The position numbers were made by a program, and so were the translations under genes. Under the pieces are notes generated by a model. The model ran no database searches and had not been told where the DNA came from. It saw only the letters and a program-made list of their open reading frames with translations. DNA of 64,000 nucleotides from Chiloscyllium plagiosum (lineage: Eukaryota): assembly GCF_004010195.1 (NCBI RefSeq), contig NC_057718.1, positions 34,144,384-34,208,383 of the forward strand. The letters run 5' to 3'. Below are positions 22,491 to 34,750 of this stretch, in pieces; within the stretch, counting starts at the first letter, position 1; each line of letters starts with the position of its first letter.

Positions 22491-24559
22491 TGCATCGTGT
22501 GTGTACATCAGTTGTTAATTGTTTCAGTGTGAGTTTTCAGAACATGCAAGTCTGCATGATAAGTGTGGGGGAAGAGTAAAATTGAACAGTCACACCAACA
22601 TTCACTGTACTTCGAATGTAACTCAGTGGAATGGATTTTACCAATCCCTTGGCTATGGGTTGGGAGACATGGCTGCTGTAAGATGACAGAAGAAGGCAGG
22701 GAGAAGAGAAGAGTGCCCATTGCCTTCTCACCACCAGGCCATGTTACTGAAGCAGCACCCACAAGTCACTTGAGTGACTTGTGACCAATTAAGGGCCAGT
22801 TCCTACTGCTGCCAGCATATGATCAGCAGTGAGTAGGCTCTTAGTAAACACTGGTTGTGTCTCATTAGCTTAGGACTGAAATCATCCAGTCTCTTTAGTC
22901 CATGAAGGAATCTCACTTCTGCACAACTGGCAGCACAACTGAGATTGCAAAGCTGCCAGCTTTTCAATTGATCTACAACTCTTGGGTTAGGCGACTATCC
23001 TTAATGGAATGGCAGCCGTGATGACAACTAATTAGCTGACTGCCCACTGTCCTCCAGTAAAACTTGCTGTGGATCATGCAGACAGCCTGCTGTTGAGACA
23101 CTCAACATTAGAATAGAATTCTGGCCAGTGAAGGCAATAATTTGAAATATCAAACATAATGTTGTGTTCTATCAATGCAAGTACCAATTTGTTTTAACTT
23201 TTAACCTTCTTTCTGCTTGAGGGCAAAGCCCTTAAGCACACCACTCACATTCCCCACATGAATGCAGGACCATAGTTAATACTTGAGCCTTTGCGCACAG
23301 TGCACTATTTCCCTCTGTTGTAACAGTTGCTGGCTATTTGGACAATTTAAACCTATGTCTTAATCTTGGGCAAACATTACAAATGACTTATTTACAGAGC
23401 ACAACTCAAATAAGCGCTTTTATGTGGCCAGAGGAATCTTCCTCCAAAGTTGTTCAGGGTCGTGTCAGCTTTAGGAAAAGGTACTATTTCTCTGTATTTT
23501 CCCACACCACTTCATATCAGTTCAAGCTAATTCTTTCAGATTGAAACAATGTGGAAGGTGGACAAACATCTACTGGATATTAATGGTTCACTGGCTAATT
23601 GGACCCATTATCTCAATTATGCATGATAATGTTTTTAATGAAAAAAATCTCTCAATTTCTGTGATGTTGTAATGTTGATGTTGTAATCTTTCTGTTATAC
23701 AAATATTTGATGTTGGTTTGATGTATTAAAGATTCTTTTTGGCACATGACATGCTATAACTTGTACTATAAAATACACAACACATTCTTATTTTCTAGTC
23801 AAGTGTAACATATGCAAATGAAAATATTATTGTATGTAATTCTCCTGGTCATTTAGCTATAGTTGCTGCAGCAGGATTACAAAACAAGATACCTATCCAG
23901 TTCTTAGTGCACTGTCAGGTGTGCCTACCTCTTAGTGGTTTGTTGTTAGTAGTAGTATTTTATTTTGACTGTTTTTCATTAACACAATATCTTCATTGTC
24001 TACATGCTGTTGACTACTGCAGAACATCACAGATCCTTTTGCCAAAAATACATATCGCTGGATATTGAATCCACCCAGGCTTTTACCTATAGGAGCACTC
24101 AATGTGATGTTGTTTTAAGATTTGGATATCGTGTCTCCATCATGACCGTCAATACACTCAAGCACAAACTGGTCTGTCTAATTTGAAAAGGCATTTGATC
24201 TGATCAAATTTATTCAAAATTTCAAAGCTGACACTTGGAATTTCTTTTCAGTTGGTTTTATTTGCATTGGCCACATCTATGTGGTGTTCTTCAAAATTCT
24301 ATGATCGATGGAGTTTCCCTTGGCTCTAGACTGTTGGGGGGTATCTTGTTACTCTCTAGTTTCCACATTGCTTCCCTCCACGCTACCTTCATTGTTTCCC
24401 TTATATTTGTCTCCCATTTTTAGCTTGATTCCAATCCTCTACCATTCTTACTCATTTGGAGATATTGTTGACCTTGACTGTTACCTGACTGGTTGTTCTT
24501 GCCTTACAGGAAGGTAATTGATGTGTCAACTTTTCTGCAGCAGGTTTGATAAAGCTAAA

Positions 24560-24940
24560 AGACCTGCTAGGTCAGGTTAGCATCAACTATGTTGCTGTGG
24601 GTCTAGTGACACATATAGATAATAAGGGACATTAATGAACTAACAATGGTTTTACAGTTACCTTTACTGAGACCAGCTTTTAATTCCAGATTGATTTGTT
24701 CGATTTAAATTCTACCAGATCTGATAGGACTCGAACCCATATTAGCCTAGATTTTTTTGAATTGCTAGCTCAGTGATCTTGCCCTTCCATCACTATTTTG
24801 TAAGCAGCCTTCCAAACAGCACAATGATCTGCAGCACATTCAGTATGTGATGGCCACCACCTTACCTCAAAGGTAATTAGGGATTGGCAATGCATGCTAG
24901 CCTATCCAGTGATGATCGCCTCTGTGAAAGAATAAATAAA
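24560..24940. mobile_element. Second-family SINE fragment (-) adjacent to an L2-like 3' tail (+)
   Basis: Homology to the 8622-8965 copy, followed by the ggtaattagggattggcaatgcatgc...gaataaataaa tail. Confidence 0.5.
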
Positions 24941-25029
24941 TATAACATCTTGCTCTGAGGTAATTATGACAGCTATAAGAGAAAAGCTGCATTCTTCCTG
25001 GCAACTTGATGCTCACAGTAATGGAATCT

Positions 25030-25253
25030 AACTGTAACACAACTTCTGCATCCTTATACTCCAGTCCTCTAAGTATAAAGGCCAGAATTTCATTAACTTT
25101 CTTGAGGTTGTTTGGTTCTGTTTGTGACATTTTAAATGTCTATGCACCTGAATCCCCTCTGTCTTTTTGGATATCCTCTGTATTTAACTTCACACCATCT
25201 AGAAAGTACCCAGATCTATCCTTTCTCGGTCAAAATTGATAATATCACACTTG
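25030..25253 (-). mobile_element. CR1 relic, left part, split by the LTR element
   Basis: ILAFILRGLEYKD motif in ORF 24897-25130; the same reading continues at 35878-36085. Confidence 0.75.
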
Positions 25254-25638
25254 TGTTATGACACGGGGTAAACCCTCTTTCTTAACTTACCCAGCAACAC
25301 AGAAAAGATTTATCCCGTGCAGTAATCTGTGAAATCTGAGAGGCCAAGAACTATTTAATTTTTCCCGGTCTTAAACCTCCAAAGCATCAGATTGTGTCAT
25401 TGGTTTTTAATATTGTCAATATACTAAATTCAAACTTGATTGGAATTTGTTTTTTTTTTGGGAGTGTAATTTAAACTGTTTGGCCTAATTCAAATTTGTT
25501 TTTGTCTCCAGGCAACCAGCTACCCTAGCTGCTGGACCACATGTTACATTGTATCTTAATCAGAACACTTGGTGCTGTAGATTGTTCTACTCACTTTAAA
25601 CTCTCTTAAAAGTTCAGTACACCCACATTTTTATAGCA
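25254..25638 (-). repeat. 3' LTR of the Gmr1-like element, internally deleted
   Basis: tgttatgacac...ttatagca. Aligns to 35217-35877 but lacks the segment equivalent to about 35311-35608. Confidence 0.88.
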
Positions 25639-25650
25639 CCTCCCCCCTTA
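25639..25650 (-). other. Polypurine tract
   Basis: cctcccccctta reads TAAGGGGGGAGG on the minus strand, immediately upstream of the 3' LTR. Confidence 0.8.
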
Positions 25651-25819
25651 AGAAAAAAATGAACCATTATAATGAAAAGATGGCTTCATTTTGTTGTCTA
25701 TTCTTTAAACACATTACCCTAACATACCGATAACTCGAATCCAAGTTCACCTAAACTTCTTCCCATGTAACATATATATATAACATTAAATCAATACAAA
25801 TCTCATCTAAACTTTATCA

Positions 25820-27040
25820 GTTAAATCTGCAATAACGCATCTGCAATTGTATTCTTACAACCTGCAACATGTATGATTTTTAAATTAAAAGTCTGTAACA
25901 TAAGACTCCATTAAAATGTTGTAAGGCCAGTACCAAACTCAATAGTTCTTTTTCGATCGTGGAGTATTTCCTCTGGTGGATGTTGAGCTTCTTTGAAAAA
26001 TAACCAACTGGCAGTTTAATCCCATCCACATCTTCCTGTAGGAGTACAGCTCCAACTCTTATGTCACTAGCGTCGATGGTGACTTTAAAAGGTTTTGAAA
26101 AGTTTGGTGTAGCTAAAACTGGTTCGGTGGTTCAAATGATCAATTGCCTCCTGGCATTGTTCTGTCCACCGAAACTTTGTGTTCTTCTTCAGCAAATCAG
26201 TTAACGGTGACACTACACTGATGAAGTTTGGAATAAACTTCCGATAGAATCCGCTGAGTCCTAAGAATCAAAGCATCTCTTTCTTCGAGGTTGGTCGTGG
26301 AAATTCCTCAATGGCCTTCATCTTTGCGTTCCGTGGGGTCAACTTTCCATGACCAATGTTATGTCCCAAGAACGTCACTTCTGCTTTCAGTTTTATTAAA
26401 GTTTATCACCAGTTTTGCTTCTTGTAGTTGATCAAAGAGATCTGCAAACTGTATCGTGTGATCTTTCCACGACTTACTAAAGATCACTACATCATCCAAA
26501 TAGACTGCACAGTTTGTTAACCCAGCCACAACCCTCTTCATGAGTCTTCATGAATGTGGCAGATACGTTCTTCATTCCAAAGGGCATCTCTTTAAACTGA
26601 CAAAGCCCATTTGGGGTGACAAACGCAGAAATTTCTTTTGCTGACTCTCTAAAGGTACGTGCCAGTAACCACACATTAAGTCCAACTTGGTGATGTAACT
26701 GGCTTGTCTGACTTTCTCAATACAGTCCTTGGATTGGACATGAGTCTGATTTTGTAATGGCATTGCCCTTCCGATAATCCATTCAGAAACATTCAGTCCC
26801 ATCCGGTTTGGGAACTAAGATAATCAGCAAATTCCACTTGCTCTAGCTTGGTTCGATGATGTTCTCATTGAACATGGCCTCCACCTCCATTTGGACTTGG
26901 CTGGCTTTGAAAGGATTCAGTAAATCAGGGTGTTGTCTTATCGGAGCAGTATTCCCTACGTCAACTTCATGTAGAATAGCATTAGTCCTCCCCATCTGAT
27001 TCTTACATATGAGCTTATACTGCAGTAACAAATCTTTCAA
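25820..27040 (-). pseudogene. Gypsy pol: reverse transcriptase plus RNase H, frameshifted
   Basis: KLDLMCGYWHVP, SAFVTPNGLCQFKEMPFGMKN, VYLDDVVIFS, DASDIRVGAVLLQ, YSTIEKEL, terminal ADAL. Confidence 0.88.
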
Positions 27041-27199
27041 CTGTGTCCTATGCTCCTGAGACAGATAGCTTACTAACCTATCCCACTCCTCAAGGACTTC
27101 TTAATTTTCTAGTCTATTTTGAGGCACATTAAAATCCACATCATCTGGATTTGATTCCTCACTCTACAGAGCAGTAACTAACACCTGTTTCTCCAGTTC

Positions 27200-28260
27200 T
27201 TTATCTCGAGTGTAATACGGTTTCAGCATGTTCACATGACATACGCAATACCTTTTTTTCCTATCTGGCATCTTTACTAGATAGTTCTCTGACTCAACTT
27301 TTTCTCAATTTGATAGGGACCACTAAACCTGGCTTTGAAGGGATTTCCTATCACTGGTGACAACACTAACACTTGGGAAAATGTCCGAGTCGCAGACCTT
27401 TTATCTGCCACCTGCTTTATTCTACATTGTATACTCTTTACTCACCTACTGATTTAGTCTCTCCCTCACCTCTGATACATAATCTAAGTGTGAGATCTCT
27501 GACTTTGGTCCTGTCAATTTTTCTTCAGTTAATTTCAAAGGGTCTCTCACTTCCTGCCTGAATATTAACTTGAAGGAAGTGAACTGAGTAAGTTCATTTG
27601 GGCCATCTCTAATGGAAAACAATACGAATGGGATATCTTTATCCCAATCATTCGGGAATCCTGACAGTAGCTCTCAACATGGTCTTCAAGATCTGATGCC
27701 ACCTTTCTAAAGCTCCCTGGGATTCAGGATGATACGCACTGGATATAAAGCACTGTATACCTAAACTATCCATAACTTCCTTAAACAGCCTAGCAGTAAA
27801 ATTTGACCCTTGGTCCGACTGAATCTCTCTGGGTAGCCCATACTGTATGAAGAAAGCTACTAACGTCTCTACTACCATTTTTGCCTTGATACTCCATAAT
27901 GGAATTGCCTCTGGAAATCTGGTAGACACATCCATTATGGTTAACAAGTACTCACTCCTGCCTTTAGTTCTGAGGAGGGGACCTACACAATCAACTATAA
28001 CCTGTGTGAAGGGTTCTTCAAGTGCAGGAATTGGCAACAAAAGCGCTGGTTTTATTACCGCCTGTGACTTACTTACCATTTGGCATGTATGAAATGTACA
28101 GTGAATGTTAACCACACCTTGTGCATTCCAGGCCACTAAAAATGTTTTTGGACCTTAACCTGAGTCTTTCATACACCTAGGTGACCTCCTAGATGTAGTT
28201 CATGTACTACCTGTAACACCTCCTGTCAGTATGCTATCAGCAACACAATCTGGTGCACTT
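27200..28260 (-). pseudogene. Gypsy pol: integrase, located upstream of RT
   Basis: HELHLGGHLG plus a degenerate CxxC; D-D-E motifs IVDCVGP, QSDQGSNF and ALERWH; C-terminal RFSGPY. Confidence 0.9.
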
Positions 28261-28568
28261 CGTCCCATTTCTCCTCTGCATTAATCTGCTGTGGTCTCCA
28301 TTTCTGTCTTAGGATTCTATCTTTCAGATAATAACCCTCTGGAATATTCTCTGCCTCCTTTTCGGAGTACGCATCCACATATATCGTCTTGCCTTTCTGT
28401 TGCAAATCCTTAACATTTCAGGACTGAACACTTCTGTCTGACTCTCTGCCTGTTCAGGTTTTTCCTGTACCATTACGTCAAACAGGGTATCCACTAACTG
28501 AACCTCAACTCCTTCATCTTTCTCTTTACTTTTTGCTTTGTGCTGTGACTTATGATAGTGAGATCTGG

Positions 28569-28991
28569 TTACCACATAGTCTGGGAAAATACCAGGATAT
28601 TTCTGGTTAACTCCTCAGTTTCTTGGTCTCCACAACAAGGGGTGTCAGTCCCCCCTTGGATCCTGCCAAATCGTTCCCAAGAAAAAAACTGAATTCCTGG
28701 AACTGACACTCGGTCAATCGCTCCCACTGTAACTTCCCTAGTCTTGAGTTGGCACTCCAACCTTATCTGACATAGGAAAATGCTAAATTTCTGTCCATCC
28801 ACCCCACAAATTATGACACTTTTGGGTAACAGATCAGAAAGAGTGCATTTTCGCTTGTCCCTTACTATCAGCGACTGGTTAGATCCTGTATCCCTCAAAA
28901 TTATAACTTCTTGCCCTTCTCCCCCTGTTCTTTCTGAGTAAACTTTACCCACAGAGGTGAATTCTTTGTAGAGATCAGGTACTAACTCCAT
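28569..28991 (-). pseudogene. Gypsy aspartic protease
   Basis: ILRDTGSNQSLI active-site motif. Confidence 0.85.
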
Positions 28992-29099
28992 ATCCAGCCC
29001 GTGCCTAGGCTGTGCACTCTCCTGCAGCTCCTCGGCTCTTCTTGGGGGTATCCTCTGCTACCTTCACTAATGCCACTGGCTTAGCTTCTTTTACCTCAT

Positions 29100-30340
29100 C
29101 TTTTCCCACAGTGCCTTTCTTTAACACCCAGCACTGTGACTTTACGTGGCCAACTTTCTGGCAGTGAAAACACCTTTTCCCAGTGCCTTTCTGAAACCAT
29201 CGGCACTGTTACAGTCAAAATACCTGAGGCCTTTCATCTCCTTTCCACCCTCTTGGGCTTCTTTTTTATCCTGTGGTAAATTCTTACCAGTGCTCTCTAT
29301 TCTTGGTTTCGTAGTATAGGATCTCCCCTTCTCCCAACTTCTATCCCTCACAGGACGAAATTCTGGCTGGAAGCTTGTCTTATGCACCAACATGTACACA
29401 TCTGCGAATTCTACTGCCCTTCTCACTTCCTGAACTTTTCTGTTCCTCCACGTGAATCCTTACCATCTCTGGGAGTGAGTTTTTAAACTCCTCCAGCAGA
29501 ATGATTTCTTGTAGAGCCTCAAAGGTCCTATCTATTTTCAAAGCACACATTCATCTATCAAAATTACTATGTTAATTATTTCAAACTCAACATAAGTCTG
29601 ACCTTGTTCCTTCTTTGTGTTTCTAAACCGCTGTCTATATGCTTCTGGTACCAATTCATAAGCACTTACAATAGCCTGCTTCACCTCTTCATAATTGTTT
29701 GACCCCTCATCTGACAGTGAATTTGGCGGCGAATACCTCACTAGCTCCTTGGACCACTCCATCTGAGTAGCCAATTTTTCAAATGAAATAAAGAAGGCTT
29801 CAACATCTTTCTCATCAAAATGTGGCAAAGTTTTGACATGTTTGTAAATATATCGCTACCTTCTCTGTAAATCATTATCCTGTTAACTTGACTTTGCTGA
29901 CTAAGTTGCAACTTCTCAAGTTCAAATTCTCTTTCTTTTTGCTCAGCTAACAACTTTCTCTCTCTTTCTTTTTCCCCTCTCTCTCTTTCTCTCTCTTCTC
30001 TCTCTTTCTCTTTCTTCTCTCTCCCATTCTCTTTCTCTCTCCCTTCTCTCTCTATCCTCTCTATTTCCTCGCTCCCTCTTTCTCTTTCTCTCTCTCTTTG
30101 TTTATTTTCTAACTCCATTTTCCTCAATTGTAATTTAAGTTTTTCTACTTCTACTGCACTCGTCTGTTTCTCTGACACACCAAAGTATATGAGTAACTCC
30201 CTTACAATTTCAGCTTTACTTTTGTCTTTGGTTAAACCCAAATCTAACTTACTTACTAATTTCTTCCCTTCTAAACTTTCTTGGCAAATTTGAGAATCAT
30301 CTTCAAATCCCAGAACCTTTTTAGCAATTTTAAGAGCCAT
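29100..30340 (-). pseudogene. Gypsy gag: coiled-coil, SCAN-like capsid region, CCHC knuckle
   Basis: MALKIAK start; MPHFDEKDVEAFFISFEKLA; AYELVPEAYRQRFRN; CFHCQKVGHVKSQC at 29131-29172. Confidence 0.85.
29955..30097. repeat. (TC/GA)-rich low-complexity tract inside gag
   Basis: tctctctctttct arrays encoding an ERERE/K run in ORF 29741-30388. Confidence 0.85.
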
Positions 30341-30473
30341 TTCTCTCACTTTTAATTTAATCAACCAGAAGTCACTGAAATTAAACAAATTGTCTCACCT
30401 ACGATTTATTTAAAGATCTAGGACCTGAATTCTCCAAGTGTTTAAATCTGCTGGGGGGGGGGGGGGGGTGATT

Positions 30474-30484
30474 CAAGATGGCGG
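30474..30484 (+). promoter_or_regulatory. YY1-like site at the L1 5' end
   Basis: CAAGATGGCGG lies just after the G-run, in the same position as the YY1 site of mammalian L1. Confidence 0.55.
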
Positions 30485-30639
30485 TGACCCAGCAAGTCTG
30501 AGTCTGTAGTGCTCTGCCTAAGACTCAGGCAAAGTGGGGCACCCGTTTTCACCACACCCTTTAAATAATTTTAGATAGCTTTTGCCAGCATACTTAGTCA
30601 TTTTACATCAACCTTGGACAGTTTGATGTTGTTTTTAAA

Positions 30640-31487
30640 ATGACTAAGGGCAAAAATTCCCACAGTTCGCAACAGGTAGGGATCCCTCCCCGATAGCAGC
30701 AGAGACATCCACGGCCTCTTCGGGGGATTTACCTGCAGAGGCAAGCCTGATCTCCATGATCAACAAACTTCAAGAAAAGATCAACGCCTTCATTGAAGTG
30801 TCCAGGACCAGGTAGGAGTCGTTCTCAGTCGTGCTGCAGAAGCATGACCGAGAAATTGAAAAACTTGAACAGTGCATCAGAGGGGCGGAGCAACGGGCCG
30901 TGGCCTTGGAGATGGTTGCTAAGTCATCTGTGGATTGGGTCCAGGCTCTCGAGCAACTATTCCGGACTCTGGAGGAATGCATCGACGACCTCGACAATCG
31001 GGGCCGTTGAAAAAATATTCGGTTGCTGGGCAGTCCCGAACGGGAAGAGGAAGGCCAGCTCGCAGTCTTTTTGGAGCAATGGCTCCCTCAAATATTAAAT
31101 TTGGAGTTGGGATCAGGCCAGGTGCGGGTGGAGTGGGCCCACCGGGTTGCTATATGCAGGCCTGGGTCGGACCTGCGCCCCCGCCCAGTTCTATTCCGGC
31201 TCCAATGTTATAGAGATAAACAAATGCTTTTGGAAACCTCCAGACTCCTGGGGAAGGGTCCCCAGGCCATGGTACATAAGGGTTCCAGGATGATGTTATT
31301 TCAGGACTTTTCCCCAACAGTGGTCCGCAAGAGGAAGGTATTTGACGAGGCAAAGAAGCGTTTAAAAGACCTAAATATTCCAAACTCTATATGTTACCCG
31401 GCAATGCTGCACTTCAGCCACGAAGGATCCGCATCTAACTTTGGATCACCAGACAAAGCTAAAGAGTTCTTGGACTCTCTTAAATAG
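30640..31487 (+). pseudogene. L1 ORF1p, disrupted
   Basis: Coiled-coil region, then ...DLDNRGR*KNIRLLG.PE, VEWAHR, PRPVLFRL, LFQDFSPTVVRKRKVF, YPA motifs of L1 ORF1/Transposase_22. Confidence 0.88.
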
Positions 31488-32155
31488 ACTTAAACCGTAT
31501 GGATAACGATTTTATTTTGCCTCCCCCTGTCTACCCTTCTTTATCTCTTTTCCTTTTTTTTTCTTCCATGGGTTTGGGGGGGGGAACTCGTTCTTTACTC
31601 ACCCTTTTGTTTCTTTTTTATAGGTCGTGCGGCTTATTCAATTTGTGTTTGGGGAGGGGTGTTTGTTCTGTTTTACCTGTCTTTAGCGCGGCGTTTTCTT
31701 CTTTTGTCATTTTACTCAGTCACCTAACACTTGCGGGGATTGTAACTTTGTAGTTTTATATAGTTATATTTTGTATTATGCTTGTTAAATGCATCCAAGT
31801 GTTGGTGTGGGGGTGGGGACGGGTCACTCACTTTTAACTTTGGTTTTATAGAACACTTTAATTTGTCTCCTCCATTCTATAATGCCTGGGCCAAAGGCGG
31901 GGCACTAGTTAGGAGAGGTTATGGTGGGGTTATTGACAGGTAGTCACGCCCCCTGGGAGCAAGGGGGAAAGTCTCCCTTCAAATATCTTTTATGTTTTTT
32001 TTTACTTAGGAATAGTTTTTAATTGTGTTGGTGTAATTGTTGTAAAGAATTCTTTCATTTGTGAATTTTCTATGGTTTTTATTCAAGGTGTTTTAGGTGG
32101 GGTTCTTCTTCCTGTGTGTGTGGGGGGGGGGGGTCTCGGGCTTGCCTGGACGATC

Positions 32156-32636
32156 ATGTGTAGCCATTCGCTTAGGTGGTGCACCTGGAATGTCAAGGGG
32201 AATAAATCACCAATCAAAAGGAAAAATATATTGTCAAGTCTCAAAAAAGAAAGCTCTCTTACAGGAGACACATTTACTCGACAAAGAGCACTTAAGGCTA
32301 CAACAGGGTGGATTTGGTCAGGCTTTTTTCTCATCCTTCAGTTCAAAAAGTAGGGGAGTAGTTATTCTCATTGGGAAGAATCTTCCTTTCCAAATGTTAA
32401 GCCAGTTAAAAGATGAGTCTGGACGGTACATACTGATCAAAGCCCCAATATATGGAGAAGAATATGGCATTTTGAATCTTTGTTGCCCCTGGCGCACCCC
32501 TTTAAATTTGTAACGGAAGCATTTTCTAAATTGATGGCTTTTGGGGCCCGTCATACAATTATAGGAGGAAATTTTAACTGCATTATGGACCCAGAGACAG
32601 ATAGGATACCTAAGAGCACTACAGGTATATCTCTTA
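32156..32636 (+). pseudogene. L1 ORF2 N-terminal APE endonuclease, frameshifted and truncated
   Basis: TWNVKG, LQETHL, SRGVVILI, GRYIL and IIGGNFNCIMDP motifs. Confidence 0.88.
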
Positions 32637-32790
32637 GGTAAAAACAATGACTGCAGATGCTGGAAACCAGATTCTGGATTAGTGATGCTGGAAGAGCACA
32701 GCAGTTCAGGCAGCATCCAAGGAGCAGCGAAATCGACGTTTCAGGCAAAAGCCCTTCATCAGGAATAAAGGCAGAGAGCCTGAAGCATGG
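32637..32790 (-). mobile_element. Penelope terminus with hammerhead motif (32730-32766)
   Basis: Reverse complement reads attcCTGATGAAGGGCttttGCCTGAAACGTCgatt; same end as 63098-63165. Confidence 0.8.
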
Positions 32791-33842
32791 AATTGAGGAT
32801 TGGCTGTCTAACAGAAGGCAGAGAGTTGTGATAAAAGGTTCTTTTTCAGAATGGCAGCCGGTGACGAGTGGTGTCCCGCAGGGTTCGGTGCTGGGGCCAC
32901 AGCTGTTCGCATTATATATTAACGATTTGGATGAGGGAACCGGGGGCATTCTAGCGAATTTTGCCGATGATACGAAGTTAGGTGGACAGGCAGGTAGTGC
33001 TGAGGAAGTGGGGAGGCTACAGAAGGATCTAGACCGGTTGGGAGAGTGGTCCAGGAAATGGCTGATGGAATTTAACATGAGCAAGTGCGAGGTCTTGGTG
33101 AGAAAATTAATAAAGCCAAAGCACAAAGGGATCTGGGAGTGCTAGTCGAGGATTCTCTAAAGGTAAACATGCATGTTGAGTCCGTGATTAAGAAAGCGAA
33201 TGCAATGTTGTCTCTTATCTCAAGAGGGTTGGAATATAAAAGCAGAGATGTACTACTAAGACTTTATAAAGCTCTGGTTAGGCCCCATTTGGAGTACTGT
33301 GTCCAGTTTTGGTCCCCACACCTCAGGAAGGACATACTGGCACTGGAGCATGTCCAGTGGAGATTCAAACGGATGACCCCTGAAATGCTAGGCCTAACAT
33401 ATGATGAACTGATGAGGATCCTGAGATTGTATTCATTAGAGTTTAGAACATTGAGGGGACATCCAATACAAACTTACAATAGAATGCATGGCTTGAAAAG
33501 GGTGGATGCTGGGTTTTTGTTTCTGTTAGGTGGGGATTCTAGAATCCTTGGGCACAGCTTTAGAATTAGAGGGGGTCATTTCAGAACAGGAATGCGGAGA
33601 CATTTCTTCAGCCAGAGTGTGGTGGGCCTGTGGAATTCATTGCCACGGAGTGCAGTGGAAGCCGGGACACTAAATGTCTTCAAGGCCGAGATTGATAGAT
33701 TCTTGTTGTCTAGAGGAATTAAGGGCTACGGGGAGAACGCTGGTAAGTGGAGCTGAAATGCGCATCAGCCATGATTGAATGGCGGAGTGGACTCGATGGG
33801 CCGAATGGCCTTACTTCCACTCCTATGTCTTATGGTCTTATA
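32791..33842 (+). mobile_element. Relatively young CR1 LINE 3' fragment (RT C-terminal half plus tail)
   Basis: GVPQGSVLGPQLF, FADDTKLGG, RPHLEYCVQFWSP; long open frames broken once near 33100; tail cctatgtcttatggtctta. Confidence 0.92.
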
Positions 33843-34750
33843 GGGTGGGGTTACATTTAAAACTTGGAGGTCCAGAGGTATTTCTTGCTTGGGGGACCTG
33901 TTTGATGGAAAAGTTATGATGTCTTTTGAGCAGTTGCACGAGAAGTTTGGGCTGCCTAACAAGGATCTTTTTTGGTATTTCCAAATATGAGATTATATGC
34001 AGAAGAACACTACAATGATAGTCAATCCTTACAAATCAGATAGGGAAAGAATAGTGCTATGGCTGATGGGGCTGTCCTCGGTCGGTACTCATTATCACTT
34101 ATTACATAAGGATGTATCAAAAGACATGGAATGATTATTTAAAAAATGGAACCAAGAATTGGGGTTAGAAATTACTTCAGAAATATGGGAGGATATCTGG
34201 GAAAATGCCAGAAAGATCTCTATTTGTAATAGAGCTCAAACTATTCAATTAAAGGTACTCCACAGGGCTCATATATCACCTGAACGACTCGCAAAATTTA
34301 AGGTCGGAGCATCCCCACTGTGTCCTAAATGCAAAATAGAAATTGACATTCTCACGCATTGTCTGTGGACATGCCATAAGATCTGCAGGTATTGGGATAG
34401 AGTAGTGAATGCCCTGACAGAGATCTTAGATACGGAGATTAGACTGGATCCAGTGTCTCTACTTTTGGGCTTTTCAGATTTTCCCTCCCTGAACGTGCCT
34501 AGGAGGAAACTATTTTCCATTCTCTCCTTTTGTGCAAGGAAAAATATTTTAGTGAATTGGGCAGCTGAAGGCCCTCCTGGATTTTCAAACTGGCAGAGGT
34601 TAATCATGGAATATATCCCCTTTGACTTCCTTAAAATATGGTGCACCAAAAAACTGAATTATTCTTTAAAACATGGCAGCCCTTTTTGAACTATATCGGC
34701 ACAGATATTTCGGCCATATTGTCCAGGGCTTTTGTCTGGCTGAGGTAGTG
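33843..34750 (+). pseudogene. L1 ORF2 C-terminal region (zf-RVT-like)
   Basis: FKTWRSRGISCLGDLF...; KVLHRAHISPERL; CPKCKIEIDILTHCLWTC. Confidence 0.85.

Noticed and set aside
32551..33126. 191-aa antisense ORF
   Set aside because: It is the shadow frame of the CR1 RT and Penelope terminus.
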